From NCBI GenBank assembly GCA_021463465.1, contig JAJTYH010000002.1:73799-137798 (forward strand): DNA of 64,000 bases, given 5' to 3'. The notes beneath the pieces are model-generated. The model worked only from the letters and a program-made list of their open reading frames with translations. It was not told the origin of the DNA and searched no databases. Within the stretch, counting starts at the first letter, position 1; every line of letters begins with the position of its first letter. The translations under genes and the position numbers were made by a program. Positions 1-9,403 of this stretch are shown here, piece by piece. Origin of the DNA: a bacterium. Its GTDB lineage: Bacteria; Patescibacteriota; Dojkabacteria; SC72.

Positions 1-128
1 GGGGTCGGTGGTGGAAGGAAGTAAAGGAGGAACTCTACAACCTCTAAAGGTATACCCACCTCACTGAGATATATACTTATATATAGGTTTTACTTTGCTA
101 ATAAGGCATACAGTGGGATAATACAACA

Positions 129-1088
129 ATGATATATTATATCTACAATCTGGAATTCCCACAGAATAGAGATGAAATACTAGTTGGAGGTTATAAAGTA
201 CAAAAACTTCCTAATTACAATGACCATAGGAAAAAGCTCATGTGGCTAACAAATGTTTCAGACATGGACGGAGAAGTGCATCGAAACACTGGTATCAATG
301 AGCCTACAGCAATTGTTCATGGAATTGGATTGAAGTCCAAATACTTTAAAGGAAAAACACTACTCGAGGACATTTGTTTGCTTCTTACCATATTCACAGG
401 ACGAAATGTTTTTGCTCTAGATCAAAATACATATTTTAGGCAGCTTCCTATACTTGCCGATCCAAGGCTTCACCATTATGGGGGAGTATTGCATTGTTCA
501 CTAAGATACCAAGAAGAAGCTTATAACGAAGAGACCCTCGAAGCAATTACTGAAGCTGAACGAAACAACGATAATCTACTTTGGAATGTGCGCGAAATCG
601 GATTCGAAACAGAAATCAACAAAATACTGCGTCTAATTTATTCAAAAAGGTGGAGAAAAAAATATAAAGGAGGGTATTTTATCTTATTAATGAGACAGGC
701 ACTTAAAAGGATGGATTTAGAACCAACATTTCAACTGTGTTGGACTATTTGGGAACATATATACGCCGTACTAAACCCAAAAGGACTAACACAAGATAAA
801 TTGGAGAAAGTAGCTGGGAAAGATAAAATATCATATCTACTTAAAGAATACTTTAATATCAATTTAAGAAGTGAATCACATAGAGAACTCACTCGAATAA
901 ATAAAGCGAGAAATTCACTTGTACATTTTGGAAGAATTACAAACAATACTAATTATAAGGAAATTGACTTATTTATACGGATGACAGAGTTTTTAGTTGC
1001 TAAAACATTAAAGTTGAATCCATCGAACGTATTTAACACGAATGAAAAAATGTATGACTTTCTAAGACTCAGAGTCCAAAGTAATTAA
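129..1088 (+). CDS. hypothetical protein with C-terminal HEPN-like Rx4H motif (ARNSLVH); possible Abi-type abortive-infection protein
   Basis: 319-aa ORF; C-terminal R-x4-H motif typical of HEPN RNases; located in island with R-M cargo; no other recognisable motifs. Confidence 0.45.
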   Translation: MIYYIYNLEFPQNRDEILVGGYKVQKLPNYNDHRKKLMWLTNVSDMDGEVHRNTGINEPTAIVHGIGLKSKYFKGKTLLEDICLLLTIFTGRNVFALDQNTYFRQLPILADPRLHHYGGVLHCSLRYQEEAYNEETLEAITEAERNNDNLLWNVREIGFETEINKILRLIYSKRWRKKYKGGYFILLMRQALKRMDLEPTFQLCWTIWEHIYAVLNPKGLTQDKLEKVAGKDKISYLLKEYFNINLRSESHRELTRINKARNSLVHFGRITNNTNYKEIDLFIRMTEFLVAKTLKLNPSNVFNTNEKMYDFLRLRVQSN

Positions 1089-1108
1089 GGTATACCCATC
1101 TAAAAGAT

Positions 1109-1774
1109 TTAGGAGGATTTTAGTAGATTACCCAGTACCACTAAACGCTTCTCAGCATTTGGCATATCTAAATCCAGTGATTCTACTTCTTGTAGTAATT
1201 TCCTGAAATAAAGAGATACAGAGAAAAGCTCTAACTCACTAAATTCTGAGGGTGTGTAAGCTAAGTTCATATCCTCGACTTTGATTTTTGAGAATGGAGT
1301 AACTCCATCTGTAGATATTGGCATCCAGTAAATAAGCAGTGGCAGAAGAGTGTATTCAGAGTATATCTTAGGTTTATTCATTTTCTCCAAAACCTTTTCA
1401 GCCTGATAGAATGAGCCTTTGATCTGGTTTTTAAGGTTTATCTCCACTACTGCACTAACCATACTATCTTCAGCTAAAGCGGGTAGTCTTATGCCATTCT
1501 TAGCTGTAGAAGACCAGTTCTTAATTTCAGTCTGGTAAATAATCTTATTATCGTTATCGACAATCCATCTATCAAGCCGATGTCCCCGCAATGTACCCTT
1601 GCTAACAGGCAAATCTAACACGATACAATTGGTATTTTTATTTTTTGAATTAATGTAATGTGCAAATGAAGAGGCACATAAATCCTCCCCAATTACTCCA
1701 ATAATTGCCGAAGCGTGACCAACTTCAGTAGGATCATCAAAGAACTTTAAACTTTCTAATATATTTATCCTCAT
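1109..1774 (-). CDS. hypothetical protein (divergent from C5-MTase; possible nuclease/R-M accessory)
   Basis: 221-aa ORF convergent with upstream gene and divergent from MTase gene at 1870; no diagnostic motif recognised. Confidence 0.45.
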   Translation of the reverse strand: MRINILESLKFFDDPTEVGHASAIIGVIGEDLCASSFAHYINSKNKNTNCIVLDLPVSKGTLRGHRLDRWIVDNDNKIIYQTEIKNWSSTAKNGIRLPALAEDSMVSAVVEINLKNQIKGSFYQAEKVLEKMNKPKIYSEYTLLPLLIYWMPISTDGVTPFSKIKVEDMNLAYTPSEFSELELFSVSLYFRKLLQEVESLDLDMPNAEKRLVVLGNLLKSS

Positions 1775-1869
1775 AAATATGCTTTGTTGTTAATGAATAA
1801 TTAGATATACTATATCATGTATAACTCAGGGATTTGATCTTTACAATTTTATAGAGTAAAATAGAACCT

Positions 1870-3150
1870 GTGAAAACCATGAATAAAAATCAGATTAATA
1901 TAATAGACTTGTTCGCTGGAGTAGGTGGCTTCAGAGTCGCTTTCCAAAAAGCCAACAAGAATCTCAAAGGAGAAATTTTCAAAGTAGTTTGGGGTAACCA
2001 GTGGGAGCCAGGAAAAAAAGTACAATATGCGGCTGAAATATATAAACGACAGTTTGGAGAAGCAGGATTTGTTAATGAAGATATCGCTAAAGTAAAAACA
2101 GAAGATATTCCAAATCACGATTTAATGGTAGGAGGTTTCCCATGCCAAGACTATTCAGTCGCAACAACAAAGAAACTTTCGGGAGGAATTGAAGGGAAAA
2201 AAGGAGTTCTCTGGTGGCAAATAGAAAGAATAATTAGAGAGAAGGGTAAAGATAGTCCAGAGTTTTTACTTTTCGAGAATGTAGATAGACTAATCAGCTC
2301 ACCTGCCAAACAAAGAGGAAGAGATTTTGCAATAATGCTTGCGTGTCTTGATATGCTTGGATATATGGTTGAATGGAGAGTTATAGATGCAAGTGAATAC
2401 GGATTTCCGCAAAGAAGAAAAAGAATATATTTTGTAGGATATAAAAAGAATTCCAAAATATATAAATCTTTTAAAGGTAATCATGAAGACTGGTTACTAA
2501 ATACAGGAACTTTCGCGAAAGGATTCCCTTCAAAAAGGAAGGAAGGGACAGTAACGGTTATAGAGTTAATAAAAGATAGAACTAAGGAATACTCAAAAGT
2601 CATTAAAGACGTAAGTGACAATTTCAACAAAGGTGGCAAGACAACACCTTTCAGAAAAACAGGAGTGATTCTTGACGGTAAAATCTATACGATGGATGTA
2701 ATACCAAACTACAAAGGAAAGAAAACCACGCTTGGCGATATACTTATAGACGAAAAAGATGTCCCTCAAGAATACTTCATACCAAAGGAAGATTTAGAGA
2801 AGTGGAAATATCTTAAGGGAGCCAAAAGAGAAAAGAGAATCCAGAAAGCAACAGGCTTTGAATATAATTACAGTGAAGGAGCTATAACCTATCCAGATGC
2901 ATTAGAAAGGCCATCAAGGACAATTATTACGGGAGAGGGAGGCAAAGGCCCATCTAGGTTCAAACATGTAGTTAAAACACTTTCTGGAAGACTAAGACGA
3001 CTTACACCAATGGAACTTGAAAGATTGGACATGTTCCCAGATAATCATACCGACGGTTATTCACCTCAAACTAGAGCATTCTTAATGGGAAATGCTTTAG
3101 TGGTTGGTGTAATTCAAAAAATTGCAGAATCACTTTATGAGAAAATGTAA
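1870..3150 (+). CDS. DNA (cytosine-5)-methyltransferase
   Basis: Motif I IDLFAGVGGFRVAF (FxGxGG), motif IV GGFPCQDYS (PCQ), motif VI ENV (FENVDRL); 426 aa. Confidence 0.9.
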   Translation: MKTMNKNQINIIDLFAGVGGFRVAFQKANKNLKGEIFKVVWGNQWEPGKKVQYAAEIYKRQFGEAGFVNEDIAKVKTEDIPNHDLMVGGFPCQDYSVATTKKLSGGIEGKKGVLWWQIERIIREKGKDSPEFLLFENVDRLISSPAKQRGRDFAIMLACLDMLGYMVEWRVIDASEYGFPQRRKRIYFVGYKKNSKIYKSFKGNHEDWLLNTGTFAKGFPSKRKEGTVTVIELIKDRTKEYSKVIKDVSDNFNKGGKTTPFRKTGVILDGKIYTMDVIPNYKGKKTTLGDILIDEKDVPQEYFIPKEDLEKWKYLKGAKREKRIQKATGFEYNYSEGAITYPDALERPSRTIITGEGGKGPSRFKHVVKTLSGRLRRLTPMELERLDMFPDNHTDGYSPQTRAFLMGNALVVGVIQKIAESLYEKM

Positions 3151-4489
3151 ATTTGGGGAGTATGACGAAAAGTCAAAAGAATCAATCTTTAAGTATGCGA
3201 CTTTACTAAAAGATAAATCACTTCTAGATTTATATCCTGAAGAAATAAAAAAACTTCCAGAGAAATCAACGGACTATAAAGGGAAAGGGGATATTGGAAC
3301 TATGGTCGAGTATCTACATTTCAATTACCAACCCAATAGCAATGCGGAACCAGATTTTAAAGATGCTAATCTTGAACTAAAAACAACTCCATTAAAAGTA
3401 TCAAACTAAAAATATGTTTCGAAGGAAAGGCTTGTTTTAGGTATGATTGACTATTTCCAAATAACAAAAGAGCAGTTTGAAAAATCTTCATTCCTAAAAA
3501 AGAATGCTTCCTTACTATTACTTTTTTATCTTTATGAGAAAGGACAAGACCTAGCTCAAATCTTCAAACTTATTAAATTGTGGGATATACCACAGTCTGA
3601 CCTTAAGATTATTAAACAGGATTGGACAACGATTTACACCAAGATAAAGAGCGGATTAGCACATGAACTATCTGGCGGTGATACATTATACCTTGAGGCA
3701 GCCAGAAAAGGAGCAGGAGGCGATAAAGATTTCACAAGACAGCCATATTCAAATGAAAAAGCAAAACGACGAGCATTTGCATTTAAGAGTAAGTATGTAA
3801 ACCAAATTATTGACTCTGATAAGGACTTCATTTCTGCTATTGATGATACATTCGAACTGTCAAAACAAACTTTTGAAGAGTATGTCATTGAGAAATTTAA
3901 ACCATTTGTCGGAATGTCTATAAATGAGATATCTGATAAATTTGGACTTAGTTACTCAGCAAAGAAAAAAGATATTGTTGCAGCAATTTCGAGAGCAATT
4001 TTGGGAGTTCCAGAACAAAGTAGAATAGCAGAGTTTGAAAAAGCGGATATTCTAATGAAGACAGTTACTCTTGAGAATAACGGAACACTAAAGGAGAGTA
4101 TGTCATTCCAAAGGATTGATTACTATGAAATAGTGAATGAAGAAGAGTGGGAGGAATCTGCTTTCTACCAAAGAGTTATAAATAGAAAGTTCTTCCTTGT
4201 AGTATTTAAAAAGGACGAGAAAGGAACTAAGCGACTATTTAAAGTAATGTTCTGGAGCATGCCAGAGAGATTAAGACAGCTAGCAGAACAGTATTGGAAC
4301 GATGTAAAAGAGAAAACCGAAGCAGGCGATATGGAAAACTTTTGGAAATTAAAAGACAAGAAAGGTTTTCATGTAAGACCAAAAGCACGAGATTCAAAGG
4401 ATACGACAACATTAAGGGATGGTACTGCGGCTCCAAAGTTAGGTTACTGGATTAACTCGGAAGAGATTAAGAAAGTAATATTAGGCTAA
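3122..4489 (+). pseudogene. Sau3AI/MutH-like PD-(D/E)xK restriction endonuclease interrupted by in-frame TAA (3407..3409); ORFs 3122..3409 and 3443..4489 are in the same frame
   Basis: N-terminal fragment carries EPDFKD...NLELKTTPL (PD...ELK catalytic motif as in MutH/Sau3AI ELKT); second ORF continues in identical frame after a single TAA; sits immediately downstream of C5-MTase. Confidence 0.5.
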
Positions 4490-4620
4490 TGGGACAGTGG
4501 AGGAAGGAAGCAAAGGCGGGACTAAACAATTTTTAAGGGTATACCTACCTTACGGATACATATATTTATTTCTACGTACTTTAGAGGTAAAATCAGGAAT
4601 TGACATAATAGTTTCTTTTA

Positions 4621-5385
4621 ATGGTTAAAACAGAATTAATTAAGATAGTTTATTTTGATGAATCGTCTGCAATCGACTATTTGGAAATTTCAAACAAAGG
4701 GAGGCAAATAAGCGAAAAAACAACAGCATCAAGTAAACAGGGGAAAATAGGAGCGACGGCTGGCGCGAGTATTGGAACGAATAGTTTACTTACAAAGATA
4801 ATCAGCCCACTCCTGAGTCTAGATGTAAGTGCGGAAAGTTCCACTAAACTGGCCATGATTGGAGAATCTGTAGTAAAAACATCAATATCTAATACCCTTC
4901 TATCCGATTATATCGAGAAAGCTGAAAAAGATCGCCGATTAACAATCCTCACTGATTATACAATTTCCACAACAACAGAATCTTTTTCCTACATTAAAAT
5001 GGCTGCTCCTTATTTCAAATTATTTAATCTACCTGAAAGTAAGATTAATATTGATGCGCTAGATCAAATATTAGAAGCCGGGAAAGGATACTACGAGTTA
5101 GTGGCAAACAATATTTCTCAAAACGATACAAAAATACTTAGATTTAATATTCGGGCATTCAGAAATAACTATCATCTAGTTGACCTCACAAAGATGAAAA
5201 TTAAGATATACGGTGTCAAAGTAGGGGAAGCGACTTTAGAATCAGTAAAAGCTGGTCAAGAGTTTAATGTTGCTCCAGCCGAAGTCCCAACATTAGCTGA
5301 CATCGTAAATGGTGAGAATCAATCATCAAAAGCATTCGACCTAATAGATGTTGTACTTGTTGGTGTAAGCCATGGAGAAAATTAA
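4621..5385 (+). CDS. hypothetical protein, upstream partner of Clp-like ATPase (overlaps it by 14 nt)
   Basis: 254-aa ORF translationally coupled to 5372..6505; no recognisable motif. Confidence 0.5.
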   Translation: MVKTELIKIVYFDESSAIDYLEISNKGRQISEKTTASSKQGKIGATAGASIGTNSLLTKIISPLLSLDVSAESSTKLAMIGESVVKTSISNTLLSDYIEKAEKDRRLTILTDYTISTTTESFSYIKMAAPYFKLFNLPESKINIDALDQILEAGKGYYELVANNISQNDTKILRFNIRAFRNNYHLVDLTKMKIKIYGVKVGEATLESVKAGQEFNVAPAEVPTLADIVNGENQSSKAFDLIDVVLVGVSHGEN

Positions 5386-6505
5386 AACAATAAAAATTTA
5401 TATTGGCTCCAAGGGTGGATTTACTGAATTCGTAAAAAAACATCTTGGTGAAAGTCCATACAAAGATCTTACAGGGCTACTATACATTCATGACGCGTAC
5501 TCTCGAACAATTACCGTTAAACAAGATAATAGCGATGATAAAACAGACATATCTCACCAAATTCCAACCTTTAATAACCTGGTAATAAATGCTGATGAAT
5601 ATAGTGGTGTTAATGAGCTGCTTTTGTTTAATATTGAGCGTTACATAGAGCTATTTCAAATCGAAACTCTCATAGTTCATAATCCCCCAAAGCTCTTAGA
5701 AAGCAATTTAAGGAGGGCCTATAAAGAGAAGATAGAGACTGAAACTCAAAAATATAAGGAATTTAGCAGTCGAGATTTAACTAAATTGTTATCTCGTTTG
5801 AAAGACGCTGTATTAGGTCAAGAAACCGCAATTCAAAAACTTGTTACTTCAATTTATACACTTACCAGAGATAAGGAAGCCACCAAACCAATAGTATTAC
5901 TCCTTTACGGCCCTTCTGGAGTTGGGAAAACAGAATCCGCTAAAATAATTGCGGACTCATTGGGTGAAAACCTTTTCAGAAAGCAGCTTTCTATGTTTCA
6001 GAACAGCGAATTTATTACTTACTTATTTGGCGGGAAACATTATGAGAAAAGCCTTGCCAGAGATCTTGTTGAAAGAGAAAGCAACGTTATTCTTTTAGAT
6101 GAATTCGACAAGGCTAACCTGGTAGCTCATTCTGCGTTCTATCAGCTATTTGACGAAGGTGTTTTTGAGGATAAGAATTATAACGTAAACTTAACACGAT
6201 CGATAATACTATGTACATCAAACTTTACTAGTACAGAGACAATCCGAAAAGAGTTAGGTGAGCCAATTTTCTCTAGATTCGATGGTCACATTGAATACAA
6301 GCCACTTGATTCTGCATCAATGAAACTGATAATAGAAAAAATAATTGATGAGGAGTTACTAAAAATCAAAGATAATGATTATGAGAAAACGGAAATTTTA
6401 AGTATGTTTGAGCCCTATCTAACAAAACTGTCAAATGCAAGACTTGCTAAAAATTTAGTCAGAGAATACTTTTCGACCGAACTTTTCAAAAAAATAACTT
6501 CATAA
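5372..6505 (+). CDS. AAA+ ATPase, ClpA/ClpB D2-domain-like
   Basis: Walker A LLLYGPSGVGKTESAKIIA, sensor/Walker B region ILLDEFDKANLVAHSAFYQLFDEG resembling Clp D2 LLDEIEKAH...LLQVLDDG; 377 aa, no N-domain or D1. Confidence 0.7.
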   Translation: MEKIKTIKIYIGSKGGFTEFVKKHLGESPYKDLTGLLYIHDAYSRTITVKQDNSDDKTDISHQIPTFNNLVINADEYSGVNELLLFNIERYIELFQIETLIVHNPPKLLESNLRRAYKEKIETETQKYKEFSSRDLTKLLSRLKDAVLGQETAIQKLVTSIYTLTRDKEATKPIVLLLYGPSGVGKTESAKIIADSLGENLFRKQLSMFQNSEFITYLFGGKHYEKSLARDLVERESNVILLDEFDKANLVAHSAFYQLFDEGVFEDKNYNVNLTRSIILCTSNFTSTETIRKELGEPIFSRFDGHIEYKPLDSASMKLIIEKIIDEELLKIKDNDYEKTEILSMFEPYLTKLSNARLAKNLVREYFSTELFKKITS

Positions 6506-6521
6506 AGAAAGTCCAAGCTAT

Positions 6522-7517
6522 CTAAGAGGCAATGGGCAGGGATTCGCCTTCTTCATGAACATAAAGAGATCTTACAGAGAGGTATTCTAAGTAAATCTCA
6601 TTATTTATCAGTGAGATATTTTTCTTAATTAATGAATCATAAAATGCTTTAATATCAGGATCATCACCAATACTATGAACCTGATCATTCTCAATATAAG
6701 CTTTCAATAAAGTATTTAATTGTGTGGATGTGAATTCTTCAATAGCTGAAAGCCTCGCGACGCATTCGTGGGTATATTTGAACATTCCCGAAAGTCTCAA
6801 ATTTTCAATAAGAAAGTCTTTCTCAAGCTCAGCGGCTAGTTTTACATCAGGGTAATGAGCCCTGAAGAAATCAGATATTCTAGAATAAAAATGTATCTCC
6901 GATTTCTTATCACGATTCCATTCGTTTAACAGGTACTGTGAGAAGCCTACGGTCTTAACAGGAGATAGATAATCCCCATCTTCGGTAATAAAGTACAAAT
7001 CCTGATTCGCAGGAACACCTTCCTTTAACGCTTCCCAGTTAACAGCATCACCATACGAGCCATTTTTACCGGGCGGATTGCCTAGTTTTACACGAATTTG
7101 AGCTCTATGATATATGTTATTATTTGTAGGAATTACCTTTGAGACTTTGAATAACTCCTTGATTATTGAATCTGCGTTGAAACCATTTGTCTTTACCTTC
7201 TCATATGTCTCGTTTAAAACTTCATTCTGGGCTTCCTCATACTGTTTAACGGAATCTTTTAACTTTTTGTAAAGCATTGGATTTTCACGACATATCTGGG
7301 GAAACCTTTTCGGTATTGGATTGCTTACCCAAGTTTTCAATGAATCTGCAATTTTCTCTTCACGATTACGATTGAACTCGTCAATAACCTGATTTGGAAC
7401 AAATAGTGTCATCTTCCGATTCTTGATTGCAACTATTAGTTTTTTCAATTCCTCCAAATCTTCATCACTATAATGAAAGAATGTAAGATAAACGTTTGTA
7501 TCTATAAATATATTCAT
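6522..7517 (-). CDS. PIN-like N-terminal domain protein
   Basis: N-terminus MNIFIDTNVYL...DEF resembles PIN-domain acidic core; 331 aa with uncharacterised C-terminal region. Confidence 0.4.
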   Translation of the reverse strand: MNIFIDTNVYLTFFHYSDEDLEELKKLIVAIKNRKMTLFVPNQVIDEFNRNREEKIADSLKTWVSNPIPKRFPQICRENPMLYKKLKDSVKQYEEAQNEVLNETYEKVKTNGFNADSIIKELFKVSKVIPTNNNIYHRAQIRVKLGNPPGKNGSYGDAVNWEALKEGVPANQDLYFITEDGDYLSPVKTVGFSQYLLNEWNRDKKSEIHFYSRISDFFRAHYPDVKLAAELEKDFLIENLRLSGMFKYTHECVARLSAIEEFTSTQLNTLLKAYIENDQVHSIGDDPDIKAFYDSLIKKNISLINNEIYLEYLSVRSLYVHEEGESLPIAS

Positions 7518-7556
7518 TCCCTTAACAGTTACAGTTGGTTTACGCTATAATTATAC

Positions 7557-7710
7557 CGCATTACCTAAACCTAGTAATAGGCATGGTGATAAAAATTGAA
7601 TCCACGACGAATAACGCGGCTCTCCGGCCGGTCCATTCGTCGTGGTCTATATCTCGAAAGGGATATGGGGGTTCCGAAAGGAACTCGCTGGTTCGGAGGG
7701 CCACTTTTGT
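7557..7710 (+). ncRNA. structured leader/ncRNA, copy 1 (three GNRA-tetraloop hairpins plus 11-bp stem); homolog of 21740..21890 on minus strand
   Basis: Promoter TTAACA(7523-7528)-17nt-TATAAT(7546-7551); hairpins CCTA-GTAA-TAGG, CCACGACGAAT/ATTCGTCGTGG (7602-7612/7635-7645), ATATCTC-GAAA-GGGATAT (7649-7666), GGTTCC-GAAA-GGAACT (7670-7685), tail CGCTGGTTCGGAGGGCCAC; same architecture with compensatory changes in second copy. Confidence 0.6.
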
Positions 7711-7743
7711 TATACCTCCAGAGATAAAATAAATCAGATAAAC

Positions 7744-8448
7744 ATGCAAAAGTATACAGTTACAACTCTAAAAGAGGAGCTAGTAAAAATAATAATTGAA
7801 ACACCGTTACAAGAGGTGTATTGGGAAACAATCGGCTATTCAGAAAGACCTAAACCAGGATCGCTTATCTCAGATTTATTCAAGCTATTAGTAGGTAAAA
7901 AGTCTCTCAGGGAGCAGAAACTTTACAACTTCATTTTCCTTGAACTCATCATTTTAGCCATCTTTGATATCGCAGTCTGGTTTGAGAAAAGAAACCGTGA
8001 CTATCTATTTAACGCAGTTTTTATAGCGATTCTAGTCACCGAAATATCATCGATCATGTCACAAGATCAATTAAGAGGTTCTTTCTTTAAAGGCATCCGT
8101 GAGGCTATTGAATACATATCATTAGGGTTTAACAGCTATAAGCACAACGATCCTATAAATGCGTTTAGCAAACGTCTAGAAAATATACAAAGCGAATCAG
8201 AAGCTTCAGATCAAAAGATAGAAAGTATTCGAAATGGCTTTAAAAACTTATTTCAAACACCCACAACACTTAGTGGAAAAAGTCTTTTGCTAAGCTACCC
8301 TGATTTGGATGCCCACTTCTTTAAATATTATGAGAAAGAACAGTTTGATTTATCAAATGACAGCCCTACAGAGAACCCGATAGGAAAGGGGTTCAATCGT
8401 GATGATCTGAAATTCGCTACAGAAATGCTATTTTATAAGAAGAAATAA
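7744..8448 (+). CDS. membrane protein (2 predicted TM helices); ORF-track start 7642 lies inside the upstream structured RNA, ATG 7744 preferred
   Basis: Hydrophobic segments LYNFIFLELIILAIFDIAVWF and LFNAVFIAILVTEISSIM; ATG at 7744 directly after RNA element. Confidence 0.5.
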   Translation: MQKYTVTTLKEELVKIIIETPLQEVYWETIGYSERPKPGSLISDLFKLLVGKKSLREQKLYNFIFLELIILAIFDIAVWFEKRNRDYLFNAVFIAILVTEISSIMSQDQLRGSFFKGIREAIEYISLGFNSYKHNDPINAFSKRLENIQSESEASDQKIESIRNGFKNLFQTPTTLSGKSLLLSYPDLDAHFFKYYEKEQFDLSNDSPTENPIGKGFNRDDLKFATEMLFYKKK

Positions 8449-8464
8449 ATCGTATTACAAAAGG

Positions 8465-9403
8465 ATGAAATCAAAAATAGTGGGTTCAATATTTGCTCAC
8501 GCCAGTGGAGATTACCTTGGTATGCCCGTTGAATTTGCTTCTACACCCGCACAGGTACAGGATTTCTTCGGTAGTGAAGGCATAAGACCTATTGATACTA
8601 ATAGCAGGGGAACGAAACCAGCTGGTTACTATACTGATGACACGGCTATGATGCTGTGTTTAGCCCAGAGTCTCATAGACAAAGGATTCGATACCTTAGA
8701 TCAATTCCAGAAATATAAGAAGTGGGCTTTTGAAGGATATATGTCTGCTGATGGAAAGACTTCTTTTGGAATAGGACAGAATACATTAAGGAAACTAATG
8801 TGGCAGAAGCCGGAAGAAATACCTACAGCAATTCATAGCAACGATAAAGAAGGTGGAAACGGAGCATTAATGAGATGCCTTCCTATTGGACTCATATACC
8901 ATAACAATACTGATGATGTAGTTGATAAGAGTATAAAATCAGCACTTGTTACGCACAACAATACCATTGCGGTTTGGACTACAGTTGTATTCAATACACT
9001 CATAACATACTGCCTGCATAATATTGAGAAAGAGGGGTTTGTATCAAAACTCGCAACAGAGCCCTACTATAAAAATATCCCCGCTGAAATAAAGAAAGTG
9101 CTGGATAGACTAGGTAATCTAAAAACGGAGGAGCTCAAGACCAGTGGATACTCACTTAATACCTTGGAGGTCGCTCTGCATTCATTTTTCAGCTCTGATA
9201 GTCTGGAAGCTGCTATCAAGGCATCAATTGGTTTTGGAGGCGATACAGATACTCAAGGGGCGGTCACAGGAGGTCTTGCTGGAGCATATTACGGTTATGA
9301 AGCAATTCCAAAAGAATGGACAGCTCACTTATTAAATAAAGAATTGATGCAAGAGATCTCAGATAAGATAGCCTCGATATCACTTAGCACACCTAATACA
9401 TAG
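8465..9403 (+). CDS. ADP-ribosylglycohydrolase family protein
   Basis: N-terminal GSIFAHASGDYLGMPVEF and GYYTDDTAMMLCLAQSL motifs characteristic of ARH/DraG family; 312 aa. Confidence 0.75.
   Translation: MKSKIVGSIFAHASGDYLGMPVEFASTPAQVQDFFGSEGIRPIDTNSRGTKPAGYYTDDTAMMLCLAQSLIDKGFDTLDQFQKYKKWAFEGYMSADGKTSFGIGQNTLRKLMWQKPEEIPTAIHSNDKEGGNGALMRCLPIGLIYHNNTDDVVDKSIKSALVTHNNTIAVWTTVVFNTLITYCLHNIEKEGFVSKLATEPYYKNIPAEIKKVLDRLGNLKTEELKTSGYSLNTLEVALHSFFSSDSLEAAIKASIGFGGDTDTQGAVTGGLAGAYYGYEAIPKEWTAHLLNKELMQEISDKIASISLSTPNT

Noticed and set aside
1-21. Possible third, degenerate copy of the tRNA-His att core at the window start (ggtggtggaaggaag)
   Set aside because: Only an 8-mer (GGTGGAAG) matches. 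It is better explained as part of the ~85-bp direct repeat shared with 4490..4575. The left boundary of island 1 cannot be assigned.
7557-7710. Considered that the repeated RNA is a c-di-GMP-I (GEMM), SRP, 6S or hammerhead RNA
   Set aside because: None of the defining consensus elements I know (GEMM GGACGCAAAGCC, SRP GGUCCGGAAGGAAGCAGC, hammerhead CUGAUGA) is present.
7535-7749. Small ORFs 7535..7732 (+) and 7561..7749 (-) from the ORF track
   Set aside because: They coincide with the conserved GNRA-hairpin RNA element and its promoter. Their conservation is at RNA-structure level (compensatory changes), not codon level.
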